Positions 1 through 8,495 of a stretch of 20,000 nucleotides of DNA are shown here, one piece after another (positions within the stretch are counted from its first letter, which is position 1; every line of letters begins with the position of its first letter). The position numbers and the translations under genes were made by a program. The stretch is from an uncultured virus (IMG/VR IMGVR_UViG_3300023049_000387). Taxonomy: Duplodnaviria; Heunggongvirae; Uroviricota; Caudoviricetes. The notes under the pieces are model-generated. The model made no database searches. It worked only from the letters and a program-made list of their open reading frames with translations, and was not told the DNA's origin. The stretch is taken from IMG/VR virus record IMGVR_UViG_3300023049_000387, positions 58,803 to 78,802 of that record, one strand, 5' to 3'.

Positions 1-380
1 AGTTCAGGAAATGTGGTATCGCCGTCAAAAGTGTTATGAACGATAGTTAGGTATAACTTATTTGCAATTGGTAGTGCTTGTCTATATATCTCACCACCGC
101 CAATCACAAAACAATCATTGTTAGTTAACATAAGAGCCTCTGGTAATGAGTTACACATCACACAACCTTCTACTTCATAATCTTCATTTCTAGTAATTAT
201 TATATTCCTTCTATTTGGAAGAGGTCTACCAATTGATTCATATGTTTTCCTACCCATAACTACTGCACTTCCACTAGTTATGCTTTTAAACCTCTTCAAG
301 TCATTGGGTAGCTTCCATATTAAAGAATTGTTATTACCAATAACTCTATTTTCTGACATTGCCACTATTATAGATATCAT
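1..380 (-). CDS. folA: Dihydrofolate reductase (3' end runs off the window)
   Basis: Manual translation from ATG at 380: MISIIVAMSENRVIGNNNSLIWKLPNDLKRFKSITSGSAVVMGRKTYESIGRPLPNRRNIIITR...FVIGGGEIY...FDGDTTFP. These are the canonical DHFR motifs. The start overlaps the upstream stop (TAATG). Not in the ORF track. Confidence 0.95.
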   Translation of the reverse strand, partial: MISIIVAMSENRVIGNNNSLIWKLPNDLKRFKSITSGSAVVMGRKTYESIGRPLPNRRNIIITRNEDYEVEGCVMCNSLPEALMLTNNDCFVIGGGEIYRQALPIANKLYLTIVHNTFDGDTTFPE

Positions 381-1558
381 TATTTGTTAAAAATTTTTTC
401 GTTATGATTTATCTTAGATATATCATCTTCACTAAACAGTGAAGGATTGATTGATATTAGATTTTTTAGAATTTTAAAATCAGACTTAGCTTCCTCTTTC
501 CTACCAGTATAATAACTAGCTACCACATTTGCCTCCACAAACTTCCATTCATATAAAGAGTTATCTAAAAATAATATTCTTTGGGGATATGGATTTTTAC
601 CACAGAAGGTTGACTTTGAAAACTTAGTATAAATATATGCCTTATCCCAATCCCCCATTTGTAAATAATAATCTATAATTGCTTTTATGGATTCGCCCCT
701 AAGTGGATCTAATGAGTAAGCTTTTAGTAGTTCTTGATGTGTTAAATACCAAGGTTCTTCAAGGCGTTTCATAATAGTACCTATTCTAAACTGTGAGAAG
801 AATATTTCTTCTTTAAAACCATCTTTTCTTTCAACTCTTTCTTTATAGTAATGCATAGATCTTCTTAGCCTTTCATCATTATCACTTTTTGACTCAGTTG
901 AAGCTGAGTCATAATAGGACTGTGCGGTGTAGAATATCCATCTTGGATCTGTTCTATCATTATCTATATAATTCTCTAGAATAGATGCATGTGATCTATA
1001 TTTGTCTGAAATATTACCTTGCCACGATGCTCCCTCCATCTTAACATCAACATACAATCCTTTGATTACACCACCTAGACTATATTCTTTTTGTGTTGGC
1101 CTTATAAATTCGTGTACTGGTCCATACCATTCAAATTTTTTTGACAATTTAAAAAAAGTATTTCTAGTATATTTCATCTTACCAATATGTGCACTTAGCA
1201 TATAGATATCCTTTAATAAGTTTTTTCTATTAAAGTCTTTGGATATAACTAATGTCTCGTCACAATCTATCCAAAACCCATAAGATTTATCAAGATCCCA
1301 TTTAAGTAATTTTGAAGTTTCTATCAACTTCTGCATAGAATGATTTCTACTATTTTCAAAGTTGTCAAATGGTCTATCAAATACATAAGTAGGTATGTTA
1401 TTGTCTTTACCAAACTTTTTTATAATATCTTGTGTACCATCCGAAGAACCAGTATCAGTTGCTACTATTAAGTCAACTATTGGCTTAGTTGAATAAAGCA
1501 TTTTCTCTATAATATGAGATTCGTTTTTACAAATAAAATTAAGTGCAAGTTTAACCAT
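380..1558 (-). CDS. Glycosyltransferase family 2 (GT-A) with helical TPR-like C-terminus
   Basis: ICKNE...DTGSSDGT...F..SRN...WIDCDE (DxD) and VHE motifs; helical C-terminal half rich in Y/A repeats. Confidence 0.8.
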   Translation of the reverse strand: MVKLALNFICKNESHIIEKMLYSTKPIVDLIVATDTGSSDGTQDIIKKFGKDNNIPTYVFDRPFDNFENSRNHSMQKLIETSKLLKWDLDKSYGFWIDCDETLVISKDFNRKNLLKDIYMLSAHIGKMKYTRNTFFKLSKKFEWYGPVHEFIRPTQKEYSLGGVIKGLYVDVKMEGASWQGNISDKYRSHASILENYIDNDRTDPRWIFYTAQSYYDSASTESKSDNDERLRRSMHYYKERVERKDGFKEEIFFSQFRIGTIMKRLEEPWYLTHQELLKAYSLDPLRGESIKAIIDYYLQMGDWDKAYIYTKFSKSTFCGKNPYPQRILFLDNSLYEWKFVEANVVASYYTGRKEEAKSDFKILKNLISINPSLFSEDDISKINHNEKIFNK

Positions 1559-1576
1559 TAAATTTCTTATTTACTT

Positions 1577-1603
1577 TTATATAATTAAATATTGGTTAAG
1601 TTT
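1577..1603 (-). promoter_or_regulatory. Putative phage promoter, AAAC-N18-TATAA class
   Basis: The same motif and spacing recur upstream of six other genes in the window. Confidence 0.5.
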
Positions 1604-1648
1604 GGTATTTTAATATATAAATTTAAAGAAGCTAAATCTGTATAAAAC

Positions 1649-2041
1649 TCATATATTTAGCTTCTTTAAATTTATAACACGCTTCTCTTCCTTTTGAAGA
1701 TTTTCATCAATATAGATATTATAGGATTCTTCATAATTATCTATTACAAAATCTAGTACACGACCACTTGATACTATATTAGTAGAACACCTTGTCCTAT
1801 AAACAGTTGATAAGAATTTAAAATTATCACCAATAGTCAAATTTGTGTTTACCGATTGCAGTGTTATTTCTTTTGTGGTGTTCATATCATGTTCTTGTCT
1901 TATCTCAACAAGCAAATAATAATTAGAAATCCCATATCTAGAAACACCCACGGTTATTATCTTCGAATGTACTGGTATTGTTAAAGTAATTGGAGTGTTA
2001 CTACCATCCATCATAAAATCATATTCTAGTATTGTTTTCAT
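1649..2041 (-). CDS. Hypothetical protein with C-terminal R-x3-L-K-x-L tag
   Basis: 130-aa ORF in the minus-strand gene run; ends RVINLKKLNI. Confidence 0.7.
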   Translation of the reverse strand: MKTILEYDFMMDGSNTPITLTIPVHSKIITVGVSRYGISNYYLLVEIRQEHDMNTTKEITLQSVNTNLTIGDNFKFLSTVYRTRCSTNIVSSGRVLDFVIDNYEESYNIYIDENLQKEEKRVINLKKLNI

Positions 2042-2093
2042 TTAATTATTTTTAAAATTTAAAAAATATACATTTAACAAATCATCATTATAA

Positions 2094-2372
2094 CTAACTA
2101 AACACATCATAGTTGTCACCGTCATCATAACTTTCTTCTTCATTTAAATATAGTGTAGTTATATAAAAATCTGTTGTTACTTGAAAACTTCTACTTTCTA
2201 AAACATATGACATATCTCCTAGTTTCATAAACTCACCAATATTGGGCATTATTATATGTTTAATATCACTTATTTCACTTGGTATGTTATTTTTTAAAAT
2301 GTTCAAGTTAAAAGTTCTTTTATTGGCTTTACACATCTCCACACTAGGCTTTATTTTTAACAAATGCTTCAT
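2094..2372 (-). CDS. Hypothetical protein
   Basis: 92-aa ORF, 1 bp from the upstream gene's stop. Confidence 0.65.
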   Translation of the reverse strand: MKHLLKIKPSVEMCKANKRTFNLNILKNNIPSEISDIKHIIMPNIGEFMKLGDMSYVLESRSFQVTTDFYITTLYLNEEESYDDGDNYDVFS

Positions 2373-2373
2373 A

Positions 2374-2664
2374 TTATTCTAATATATGTTTTAATACAGA
2401 TTTTCGATATGCTTTTTTGGTAGGTATATAGTAATCCATTTTTTTAACACCAATTATAAAATGTTTAAATTTAGGTGGATATATCTTAACCTTTTCCCTT
2501 TCACTACTATACGAATCAGCATAAACTTTCCGATATATAACAAGTGGTCTTTCTAGATTGTTCCTAAATTTAAAATTTTTCCACATAAATAGTATGTCAT
2601 ATCTTTTTGAACTCACTAGTGAACTGAACCATATTTTATCGCTATTGTTCATTTTATTCACCAT
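2374..2664 (-). CDS. Hypothetical protein with C-terminal R-x3-L-K-x-I tag; may start at 2711 through a -1 frameshift
   Basis: 96-aa ORF ending RKSVLKHILE; upstream mini-ORF 2711..2670 carries A AAA AAG. Confidence 0.65.
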   Translation of the reverse strand: MVNKMNNSDKIWFSSLVSSKRYDILFMWKNFKFRNNLERPLVIYRKVYADSYSSEREKVKIYPPKFKHFIIGVKKMDYYIPTKKAYRKSVLKHILE

Positions 2665-2733
2665 TGACTTTAACTCTTTTTTATGCTTTCTAATATTTCT
2701 ATATTATCCATTTATACATTTAATTAACTTATG

Positions 2734-2763
2734 CAAATATAGGTTAAATAATTTACTCCTCAA
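2734..2763 (-). promoter_or_regulatory. Bacteroidota-type primary sigma promoter TTG-N19-TATATTTG
   Basis: TATATTTG at 2741..2734 and TTG at 2763..2761 with a 19-nt spacer, matching the -33/-7 consensus. Confidence 0.7.
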
Positions 2764-3226
2764 TCAATATAGACTTCAAATTTGCAGGTGAATAATTGAT
2801 TGATTTCAAAACCTTATTGTCTAGTGTTCTGTATACTAAATACTTTTTACCCTTTTTAACCCAATATGACACCGTGCCATCTTTATCCAAGTAATGCTTA
2901 ATAGTTTTATCAGCTTCTTCAATAGAACCACAAGCTTTACTCATATTACTTCTGTGGACTTCGTTGAATATTTCTTCATACTTATCACCTATTCCAAATT
3001 CTAATATGGCTCCTGATAGCACGTAATTCAAATCTGCAAAAGCATCTGCTATTTCTACCAAATCTTTTTCTCTTATTGCACCAATAAACTCATTTAATTC
3101 CTCCTTTAGAAGTTCAGCTCTCAAATCACACCTATCTTTAGATGGTATTTGTGGATTATCTAATACTGGTAAGTCAAATAATTTGTGGAACTCTTCTACT
3201 TTTTTTTCTGCATCTGTGTTTTTCAT
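2753..3226 (-). CDS. MazG-like (all-alpha) nucleoside triphosphate pyrophosphohydrolase
   Basis: V.EFH..F...LR.ELLKEELNE...EIADAFADLNYVL.G...EVHRSNMSK...KVLKS..YSPANL pattern. Confidence 0.85.
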   Translation of the reverse strand: MKNTDAEKKVEEFHKLFDLPVLDNPQIPSKDRCDLRAELLKEELNEFIGAIREKDLVEIADAFADLNYVLSGAILEFGIGDKYEEIFNEVHRSNMSKACGSIEEADKTIKHYLDKDGTVSYWVKKGKKYLVYRTLDNKVLKSINYSPANLKSILIEE

Positions 3227-3243
3227 TTTGATATCTTTTCTTG

Positions 3244-3270
3244 TTATATGAAAAATATCTATATGGTTTA
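3244..3270 (-). promoter_or_regulatory. Putative phage promoter TAAAC-N17-TATAA
   Basis: Recurrent motif just upstream of the MazG-like start at 3226. Confidence 0.5.
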
Positions 3271-3277
3271 ATTATTT

Positions 3278-3287
3278 TAATATATAA
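3278..3287 (+). promoter_or_regulatory. Putative late promoter TAATATATAA
   Basis: Recurs upstream of genes that carry a K-x-F-x-x-F-type leader; resembles the T4 late box TATAAATA. Confidence 0.45.
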
Positions 3288-3309
3288 GCTATAAAAATAA
3301 ATTATAAAG

Positions 3310-4188
3310 ATGAAAAAAAGATATATCCACACCTTCTCTAATTTCAGAACAGATAAGAATATAAAGCCTGTGATGACTGTAAATGAAGAATTTATAGGTA
3401 AACTATTTAAAGGTTTGAAGAATAAAATATCTATTGGATTTTCTAAAATGTTTGGATCTGCAAAGAAGGTTGAAAAGCTAATGGATGAGTATAAATCTGA
3501 AATACTTTCTTCACAAGAACAAAAGAGAGAAGCCATAAAAAAATACGGTGAATATATAAACTCAGAGAAAGATTCTAAGGATGATATAGATGTAGATGCA
3601 CTTAAAAATAATATAAAAAAAGCAACAAAAAACTTTGAAGATGAGGTGAGAATAATAAAAAAGAAATTTGACATTAGATTTGATGAGATTGTGAGAGAAG
3701 AGTCTAATAAGAAGATTAAAAGTTACATAAGTCTTAAGAAGTTAGAAATGCAACAAGATGTACTTAGAAAAGAAACATCTAGTATACTAAATGATACTGG
3801 TCTTACAGAAGATATGGCTAAAGATGATGAATTTTTTAAGAGTATGATTGATGGTATAGAAGAAAAGATATCAAAAAATAAGGAATCTCAAAGTAATAGA
3901 AAGAAAGAGTTAGAGGAAATATCCAAAGATGAAGCTTTTGACTTAAAGAAAGCTAAAGAACTTGCAGAAAATGGCGAGGAATATGAATGGAATGGTTCTC
4001 CTTATCTAGAAAAGGGTTTTAGTAAGGGGGATAAAATAGCCTATTTTTCTAAGGGAAATAAGGATAAGACTAACGCAATAGTAATATCTAATAAAGATGG
4101 TTTTGTTGAAATAGAAACAGAAGAATCAAAACAAGATAGTAAAACATTTGATATCAAAAAAAGTTCTATTATTGAACTAGTTGAATAA
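3310..4188 (+). CDS. Hypothetical coiled-coil protein, possibly virion-internal
   Basis: 292-aa K/E-rich ORF; leader MKKRYIHTFSNF...VNEE; beta-rich C-terminal ~55 aa. Confidence 0.75.
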   Translation: MKKRYIHTFSNFRTDKNIKPVMTVNEEFIGKLFKGLKNKISIGFSKMFGSAKKVEKLMDEYKSEILSSQEQKREAIKKYGEYINSEKDSKDDIDVDALKNNIKKATKNFEDEVRIIKKKFDIRFDEIVREESNKKIKSYISLKKLEMQQDVLRKETSSILNDTGLTEDMAKDDEFFKSMIDGIEEKISKNKESQSNRKKELEEISKDEAFDLKKAKELAENGEEYEWNGSPYLEKGFSKGDKIAYFSKGNKDKTNAIVISNKDGFVEIETEESKQDSKTFDIKKSSIIELVE

Positions 4189-4189
4189 T

Positions 4190-4873
4190 ATGAGAAATAG
4201 CAAAAATTTATATAGGAAAAAATTAGAAAAGATTTTTAAAAAGATTGACCTATTGGCTTCAAGAGGAAGGGATAGTGAATTAAAATTTTTCAAATATATT
4301 AATGAATTACTTGACAAGGGAGACTATACAACACTTGTAGAGGCTCTATACATATATTATAACATAGATGTATCAAAAGAGTCAGATGTTAAATCACATA
4401 GGCTTAAAACGTGGTACAGAGTATGTGAACAGACCAATTCAAAATTTTCTAAACGCTTAAACACATTACTAAAAAGGTTAGCAAAAGAATGGAGTACAGA
4501 ACTAAGTAGTGATGGGATCAAATACCTAGAAGTATACCAAGTGGGACTTGGGGTATTTGTTAAGAAAGAGGACAATGCATCTGTTGTGTCGGACATTTTA
4601 ATAGGATATATAAGAGAGGTTGATGATTTTTTAGATGAATCTAAATACCATATTAAAAATAAACACTATGCAAAACTTATTGGTGATAGGAAAACTCTTG
4701 TAGAAATAGAATATAATAAAGTCACAGAGGAAGGTATAGTTATAAATGGATTAATAGAGTTAATTGACACACCACCAGATTCTACACTAAGCGAAGATCA
4801 TAAGCTTATAGAAAGATACGAGATTGCATTAAATATGCTAATTGATGAATATGAAAATCCTACTGATATTTAG
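4190..4873 (+). CDS. Hypothetical protein
   Basis: Long ORF; the ATG at 4190 directly follows the upstream stop (the track uses TTG at 4181). Confidence 0.75.
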   Translation: MRNSKNLYRKKLEKIFKKIDLLASRGRDSELKFFKYINELLDKGDYTTLVEALYIYYNIDVSKESDVKSHRLKTWYRVCEQTNSKFSKRLNTLLKRLAKEWSTELSSDGIKYLEVYQVGLGVFVKKEDNASVVSDILIGYIREVDDFLDESKYHIKNKHYAKLIGDRKTLVEIEYNKVTEEGIVINGLIELIDTPPDSTLSEDHKLIERYEIALNMLIDEYENPTDI

Positions 4874-4893
4874 ATTGGTAGTAAATGATATCC

Positions 4894-4921
4894 TAAACTT
4901 TTGTACTCATTGATACTATAA
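4894..4921 (+). promoter_or_regulatory. Putative phage promoter TAAAC-N18-TATAA
   Basis: Recurrent motif upstream of the start at 4939. Confidence 0.5.
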
Positions 4922-4938
4922 TAAATAAAAGTTTAAAC

Positions 4939-5379
4939 ATGGCAACAAATATAAAAGCAGTAGATTTTCAAATATTGACTAAACACTACAAGACATACAG
5001 ATTAGGTGTTGGTAAGATAGAAGAAAAGAAGAAAGAATTTTTAAATGAATTAGAGCCTTATAAAAAGGAAATAAACAAACTTTTAAAAGATTCTTCAAGC
5101 AATGGCAAGAGAGATGAAAAAACTGATATGCAAATACAGACAGTATCAGAGAAAGCATTAGATTTGGAAAAGGGATTTAAAGAAGAATTGAAAAAGATAA
5201 GCGAAAGCTTAAATGAAAAATGTTATGACGAACTTTCTACTATAATAAAGGGTTGGTCTGAAGATAACGATGCTGATATAGTTTTTGGGAAAATGGAGAT
5301 TGTTTATTGTAAGAAGGAGTCAGATATCACAGATGATATATTGGATATAATAAAATCGAAAGATTTATATTTAGAATAA
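4939..5379 (+). CDS. Skp/OmpH-like chaperone lacking a signal peptide
   Basis: N-terminal IKAVDFQIL strand, long coiled-coil hairpin, C-terminal DIVF...IVY....DITDDIL typical of OmpH/Skp. Confidence 0.7.
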   Translation: MATNIKAVDFQILTKHYKTYRLGVGKIEEKKKEFLNELEPYKKEINKLLKDSSSNGKRDEKTDMQIQTVSEKALDLEKGFKEELKKISESLNEKCYDELSTIIKGWSEDNDADIVFGKMEIVYCKKESDITDDILDIIKSKDLYLE

Positions 5380-5406
5380 AAAAAAGAGCTTTAAAGCTCT
5401 TTTTTT
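5379..5406. terminator. Bidirectional intrinsic terminator
   Basis: Perfect 28-bp palindrome AAAAAAAGAGCTTTAAAGCTCTTTTTTT between convergent genes. Confidence 0.8.
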
Positions 5407-5409
5407 ATT

Positions 5410-6150
5410 TTAGTATTGACTACCATTTAAATACTCTTCTAATATACCCACCATATTAATACACTTATATATTTTTGCAGGTTCATCACCAGGTCCTATA
5501 TGAACTAAGTATCCAGCACTAACATTAAATCCCCACTCTTTAAGTATCAGAGAATATAGTGATATTTGTATTGAATATTCCGATAGGTGTGATTTATTAA
5601 AGTCGTGGAATGGTGGAAATAGTCTTTCTTTATATTTTAATGTTTCATCTGTATCAAATTTTTTATTTGTTTTCCAATCCACTATCACAAGTTTTCCCCT
5701 ATACATAAAAAGAGAATCAATAGTACCTGCTAGCTTCCATTTTTTAGAAAATACCTTTAACTCAAACTTTAATGGTTCTAATTTATATAAGTTTTCAGCA
5801 TATACTATATTGAACTTATTTATCCTATTTATAACATCTAAATTAGTTGGTAATTTATTCCAATTACCTTTGAAGTAATCCTCTATCCAATTATGTGTGT
5901 CTGTACCAATTTCATTTGCATAGTCATTAAGCTTTTGCCACTCATTTATAATCCATTCTTGTGGAACATTCTGCTCATGTGCTCTTCTAAGTGACCAGTA
6001 TTGTTTATCGAATTTTTTATGAAACTGTTGTATAAATGTAGTAACAGATACCATTTCATCACCATTGTGTGTATACTTATGCAAACCTGGTTCAAACTTG
6101 AACTCTTTATCTTTAAAACATTCTAAATCTTCTAATATACTTTCTTTCAT
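5410..6150 (-). CDS. PD-(D/E)XK exonuclease (RecB/Cas4-like family, no Fe-S cysteines)
   Basis: SVTT, GTDTH, AGTID, IVDWKT and YSIQISLY motifs. Confidence 0.85.
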   Translation of the reverse strand: MKESILEDLECFKDKEFKFEPGLHKYTHNGDEMVSVTTFIQQFHKKFDKQYWSLRRAHEQNVPQEWIINEWQKLNDYANEIGTDTHNWIEDYFKGNWNKLPTNLDVINRINKFNIVYAENLYKLEPLKFELKVFSKKWKLAGTIDSLFMYRGKLVIVDWKTNKKFDTDETLKYKERLFPPFHDFNKSHLSEYSIQISLYSLILKEWGFNVSAGYLVHIGPGDEPAKIYKCINMVGILEEYLNGSQY

Positions 6151-6155
6151 AAGGA

Positions 6156-6182
6156 TTATATTTATATATGATAAAAAGTTTA
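6156..6182 (-). promoter_or_regulatory. Putative phage promoter TAAAC-N17-TATAA
   Basis: Recurrent motif upstream of the start at 6150. Confidence 0.45.
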
Positions 6183-6186
6183 GTAT

Positions 6187-6531
6187 TCAAGAGTATATAA
6201 ATTTCTCATACTTTTCTTGTTGTTTTAAATCAACTAACATGATAACTCTTTTCAACGGTGTGGTGAATGATACCATTATACTAGACATATAATCCGTCTT
6301 TATATCATTTAATATTTCATCTAAAAATAGACTCCTTTCCTCTTGTTTGGATAATCTTTTACCAGTATCTATGACTAGACTAATTTTCCAACCCACTCTC
6401 TTTTTGACAAATAATATAATATTTTCTTTATAAATGTCTGGTTTTCTTATGTCACTTTTATATAAAAACACCGAGAATAGAACTACTTTCATAATATATT
6501 TATGATATACTAAATTCATACTAAACTCCAT
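6187..6531 (-). CDS. Hypothetical protein
   Basis: 114-aa ORF directly after the YodC-like gene; internal EERSLFLDEIL resembles the C-terminal tag of neighbours. Confidence 0.6.
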   Translation of the reverse strand: MEFSMNLVYHKYIMKVVLFSVFLYKSDIRKPDIYKENIILFVKKRVGWKISLVIDTGKRLSKQEERSLFLDEILNDIKTDYMSSIMVSFTTPLKRVIMLVDLKQQEKYEKFIYS

Positions 6532-6532
6532 A

Positions 6533-6754
6533 TCAATATATTATGCTTTTTATTTTGTCTGTTCTTTCTTCTCTAATTAGAATTTTTCTATACTCAGCCG
6601 TAGTAACTAATTCGTTTTCTAAAAACGTATCACTAAAGAATTTATTACCAACAAACCACGAACACAAGTACTTATTACTATTGACTTGGCTATATATAGT
6701 CATTCTATTACCACCAGTTGTTTTTATAACAATATCACCTAAATTAAATCTCAT
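6533..6754 (-). CDS. YodC/DUF2158-like small protein with appended C-terminal tag
   Basis: F.LGDIV....GG..MT.....C.WF......F.E.EL pattern; ends RTDKIKSIIY. Confidence 0.7.
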   Translation of the reverse strand: MRFNLGDIVIKTTGGNRMTIYSQVNSNKYLCSWFVGNKFFSDTFLENELVTTAEYRKILIREERTDKIKSIIY

Positions 6755-6779
6755 ATATAAATTATTTTGCTATATATAT

Positions 6780-6815
6780 AAAAAAAAGCACTATCTATAA
6801 GGATAATGCTTTTTT
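6780..6815 (-). terminator. Intrinsic terminator after the bifunctional nuclease gene
   Basis: Stem 6782-6795/6802-6815; its one mismatch is a G:U pair only on the minus strand; followed by a U-tract. Confidence 0.6.
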
Positions 6816-6841
6816 GAATATAAATATTATGTTATGAAATG

Positions 6842-7429
6842 TTAGGACTTGATATCTTCTATTTTATCTCTTAACTCGGCAGCCTCTTCATAATCCTCAT
6901 TTTCCAAAGCATCTCTAAGTTTATTATTAAGTCCTTCCACAGTATTAATATCCCCTTTTATATCAGACTCAGAACTCAATTCTTCTTCTATGTCTCCATC
7001 AATAACAGGTGTACCATCTTCATTTATAGCTATCCCAACATTCTTTACTACTTCATCGGTAGTATATAGTGGACATTTGTATACTAAGGATAAGGCGATA
7101 CCATCACCAGTGCTACATTCTATCTCTATATCATTGTCTCCATTAGATGTGATTAGTTTTGCGTAATAGATACCAGCTAATACAGTATGGATAAATACCT
7201 CCTTAACATCTACTGAATATGTATCAGTTATGTTTTTCATCACATCGTGTATAGTTAATGTCTTATTTTTAACTCTTTCCACTTCTATAACTATTCTCTT
7301 AGCCTCTACTGGGTTAACAATTACTGGTAACTTCATTTTACTAGATTTATCACCTAGTACAACAATACAAGATCCATCATTTGCTTCACTATATGATACT
7401 GCAATAACTTTTAATTCTCTTTTATTCAT
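6842..7429 (-). CDS. Bifunctional nuclease (DUF151/BFN) with C-terminal UVR domain
   Basis: LPVIV...EA..I, T.HD, YYAKL, DGIALSL...CPLY motifs; UVR motif L.DALENEDYEEAAELRDKI. Start placed at 7429 because a promoter box lies at 7460-7467. Confidence 0.85.
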   Translation of the reverse strand: MNKRELKVIAVSYSEANDGSCIVVLGDKSSKMKLPVIVNPVEAKRIVIEVERVKNKTLTIHDVMKNITDTYSVDVKEVFIHTVLAGIYYAKLITSNGDNDIEIECSTGDGIALSLVYKCPLYTTDEVVKNVGIAINEDGTPVIDGDIEEELSSESDIKGDINTVEGLNNKLRDALENEDYEEAAELRDKIEDIKS

Positions 7430-7459
7430 AACTGATATAAGTTTTTTTTTATTATATGA

Positions 7460-7467
7460 CAAATATA
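7460..7467 (-). promoter_or_regulatory. Bacteroidota-type -7 box TATATTTG
   Basis: Exact TAnnTTTG about 30 nt upstream of ATG 7429; no clear -33 element. Confidence 0.55.
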
Positions 7468-7497
7468 CTAAATTATTTAGTATTATCATTATACAAT

Positions 7498-8169
7498 TTA
7501 ATCTTTTAACAATAAATCTGCTGCTGATGTTGCCGCTTCTGAATTAGGCTTTGCCCAAGTTCTGAAACCAACACCTCTCAACCAAGGTACATAGCTTTTA
7601 TATGCTTGATATGATTTGTTTTTGAAAACACCCTTATCATTGACATTCCCCTCAAATGGATTAAAGTCAACATGTATATCAACACATTTAAATTCTGAAT
7701 TATCTATACTATCTAGCTTTAAGTTATTTATAACATTTTCTTCTAAATGTGGTAGTACATAAGAATACTCGCCCTTGCATTTTAATAAATGAAATTTATA
7801 CCGTTTCCTTTGATAATCAGACAAATCTTTTCTTTTATAAAAATCTGATAACTTAGAATCTAAGTAAGTACCAACATCATAAACATATTGTGCTTCTTTT
7901 GATAGCCTTTCTTGGTTGTCTCGTATCTTTTTTTTACTTTCAATAAAATATACAACATGTGCACCATTTCGTATGTCATTATTATATAACATAATTGTAA
8001 TAGCATATATAGTCTTTCTTCTCTTTTGGACGGAATCACACCCAACAGTTATAGTAGCCATTGGCTTTAAAGAAATATATTCTTTAATATACTCAACGGC
8101 ATCAGGTATTAAGACACCACCAAATTTTTTAAACTTATGTCTAACTTCTATTTCTTTTTCAATTTCCAT
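7498..8169 (-). CDS. RNase H-like YkuK (DUF458) family protein
   Basis: VGCDS, GAHV, RL..EA, DIHVDFN and KP.S.AAT.AAD motifs. Confidence 0.8.
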   Translation of the reverse strand: MEIEKEIEVRHKFKKFGGVLIPDAVEYIKEYISLKPMATITVGCDSVQKRRKTIYAITIMLYNNDIRNGAHVVYFIESKKKIRDNQERLSKEAQYVYDVGTYLDSKLSDFYKRKDLSDYQRKRYKFHLLKCKGEYSYVLPHLEENVINNLKLDSIDNSEFKCVDIHVDFNPFEGNVNDKGVFKNKSYQAYKSYVPWLRGVGFRTWAKPNSEAATSAADLLLKD

Positions 8170-8172
8170 TTT

Positions 8173-8391
8173 CTATATTTTATTTATTTCTAACTTAACC
8201 AATGACTCCATTATTATATTTGGTGGGACTACTAAAAAATTACCATCTTCACAATCTAATTCAAACCCACCTTGTTGGTAAAACGTAACTGATATTGACT
8301 TTATCTTTTTTAATCCAATATCATCTACCTTTACTTTTTTACCCACAAACTCACCAAATCTATTAATCAAAATTATTCTTACTTCATACAT
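8173..8391 (-). CDS. Hypothetical protein
   Basis: 72-aa ORF 3 bp before the YkuK-like gene. Confidence 0.65.
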   Translation of the reverse strand: MYEVRIILINRFGEFVGKKVKVDDIGLKKIKSISVTFYQQGGFELDCEDGNFLVVPPNIIMESLVKLEINKI

Positions 8392-8436
8392 AAGTTATAT
8401 ATCTTTTTTTTTACTTTTTGTTTAAAAAAAATATAC

Positions 8437-8475
8437 AAAAAAAGAGGGTTTTGTATATAATACAAAACCCTCTTT
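8437..8475 (-). terminator. Intrinsic terminator after the AAA ATPase
   Basis: Perfect 16-bp stem 8441-8456/8460-8475 with a U-tract on the minus strand. Confidence 0.8.
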
Positions 8476-8495
8476 AATAAACACAATGAAACAAC

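Noticed and set aside
1611..1620. TAATATATAA late-type box on the plus strand
   Set aside because: No plus-strand gene follows; it may be chance in AT-rich DNA
5410..6150. Cas4 as part of a CRISPR-Cas locus
   Set aside because: No Fe-S cysteine cluster, no other cas genes and no array; solo nucleases of this kind are common in phages
7430..7489. N-terminal extension of the BFN ORF given in the track
   Set aside because: It overlaps a promoter box and a poly-A UTR; the domain starts at Met 7429
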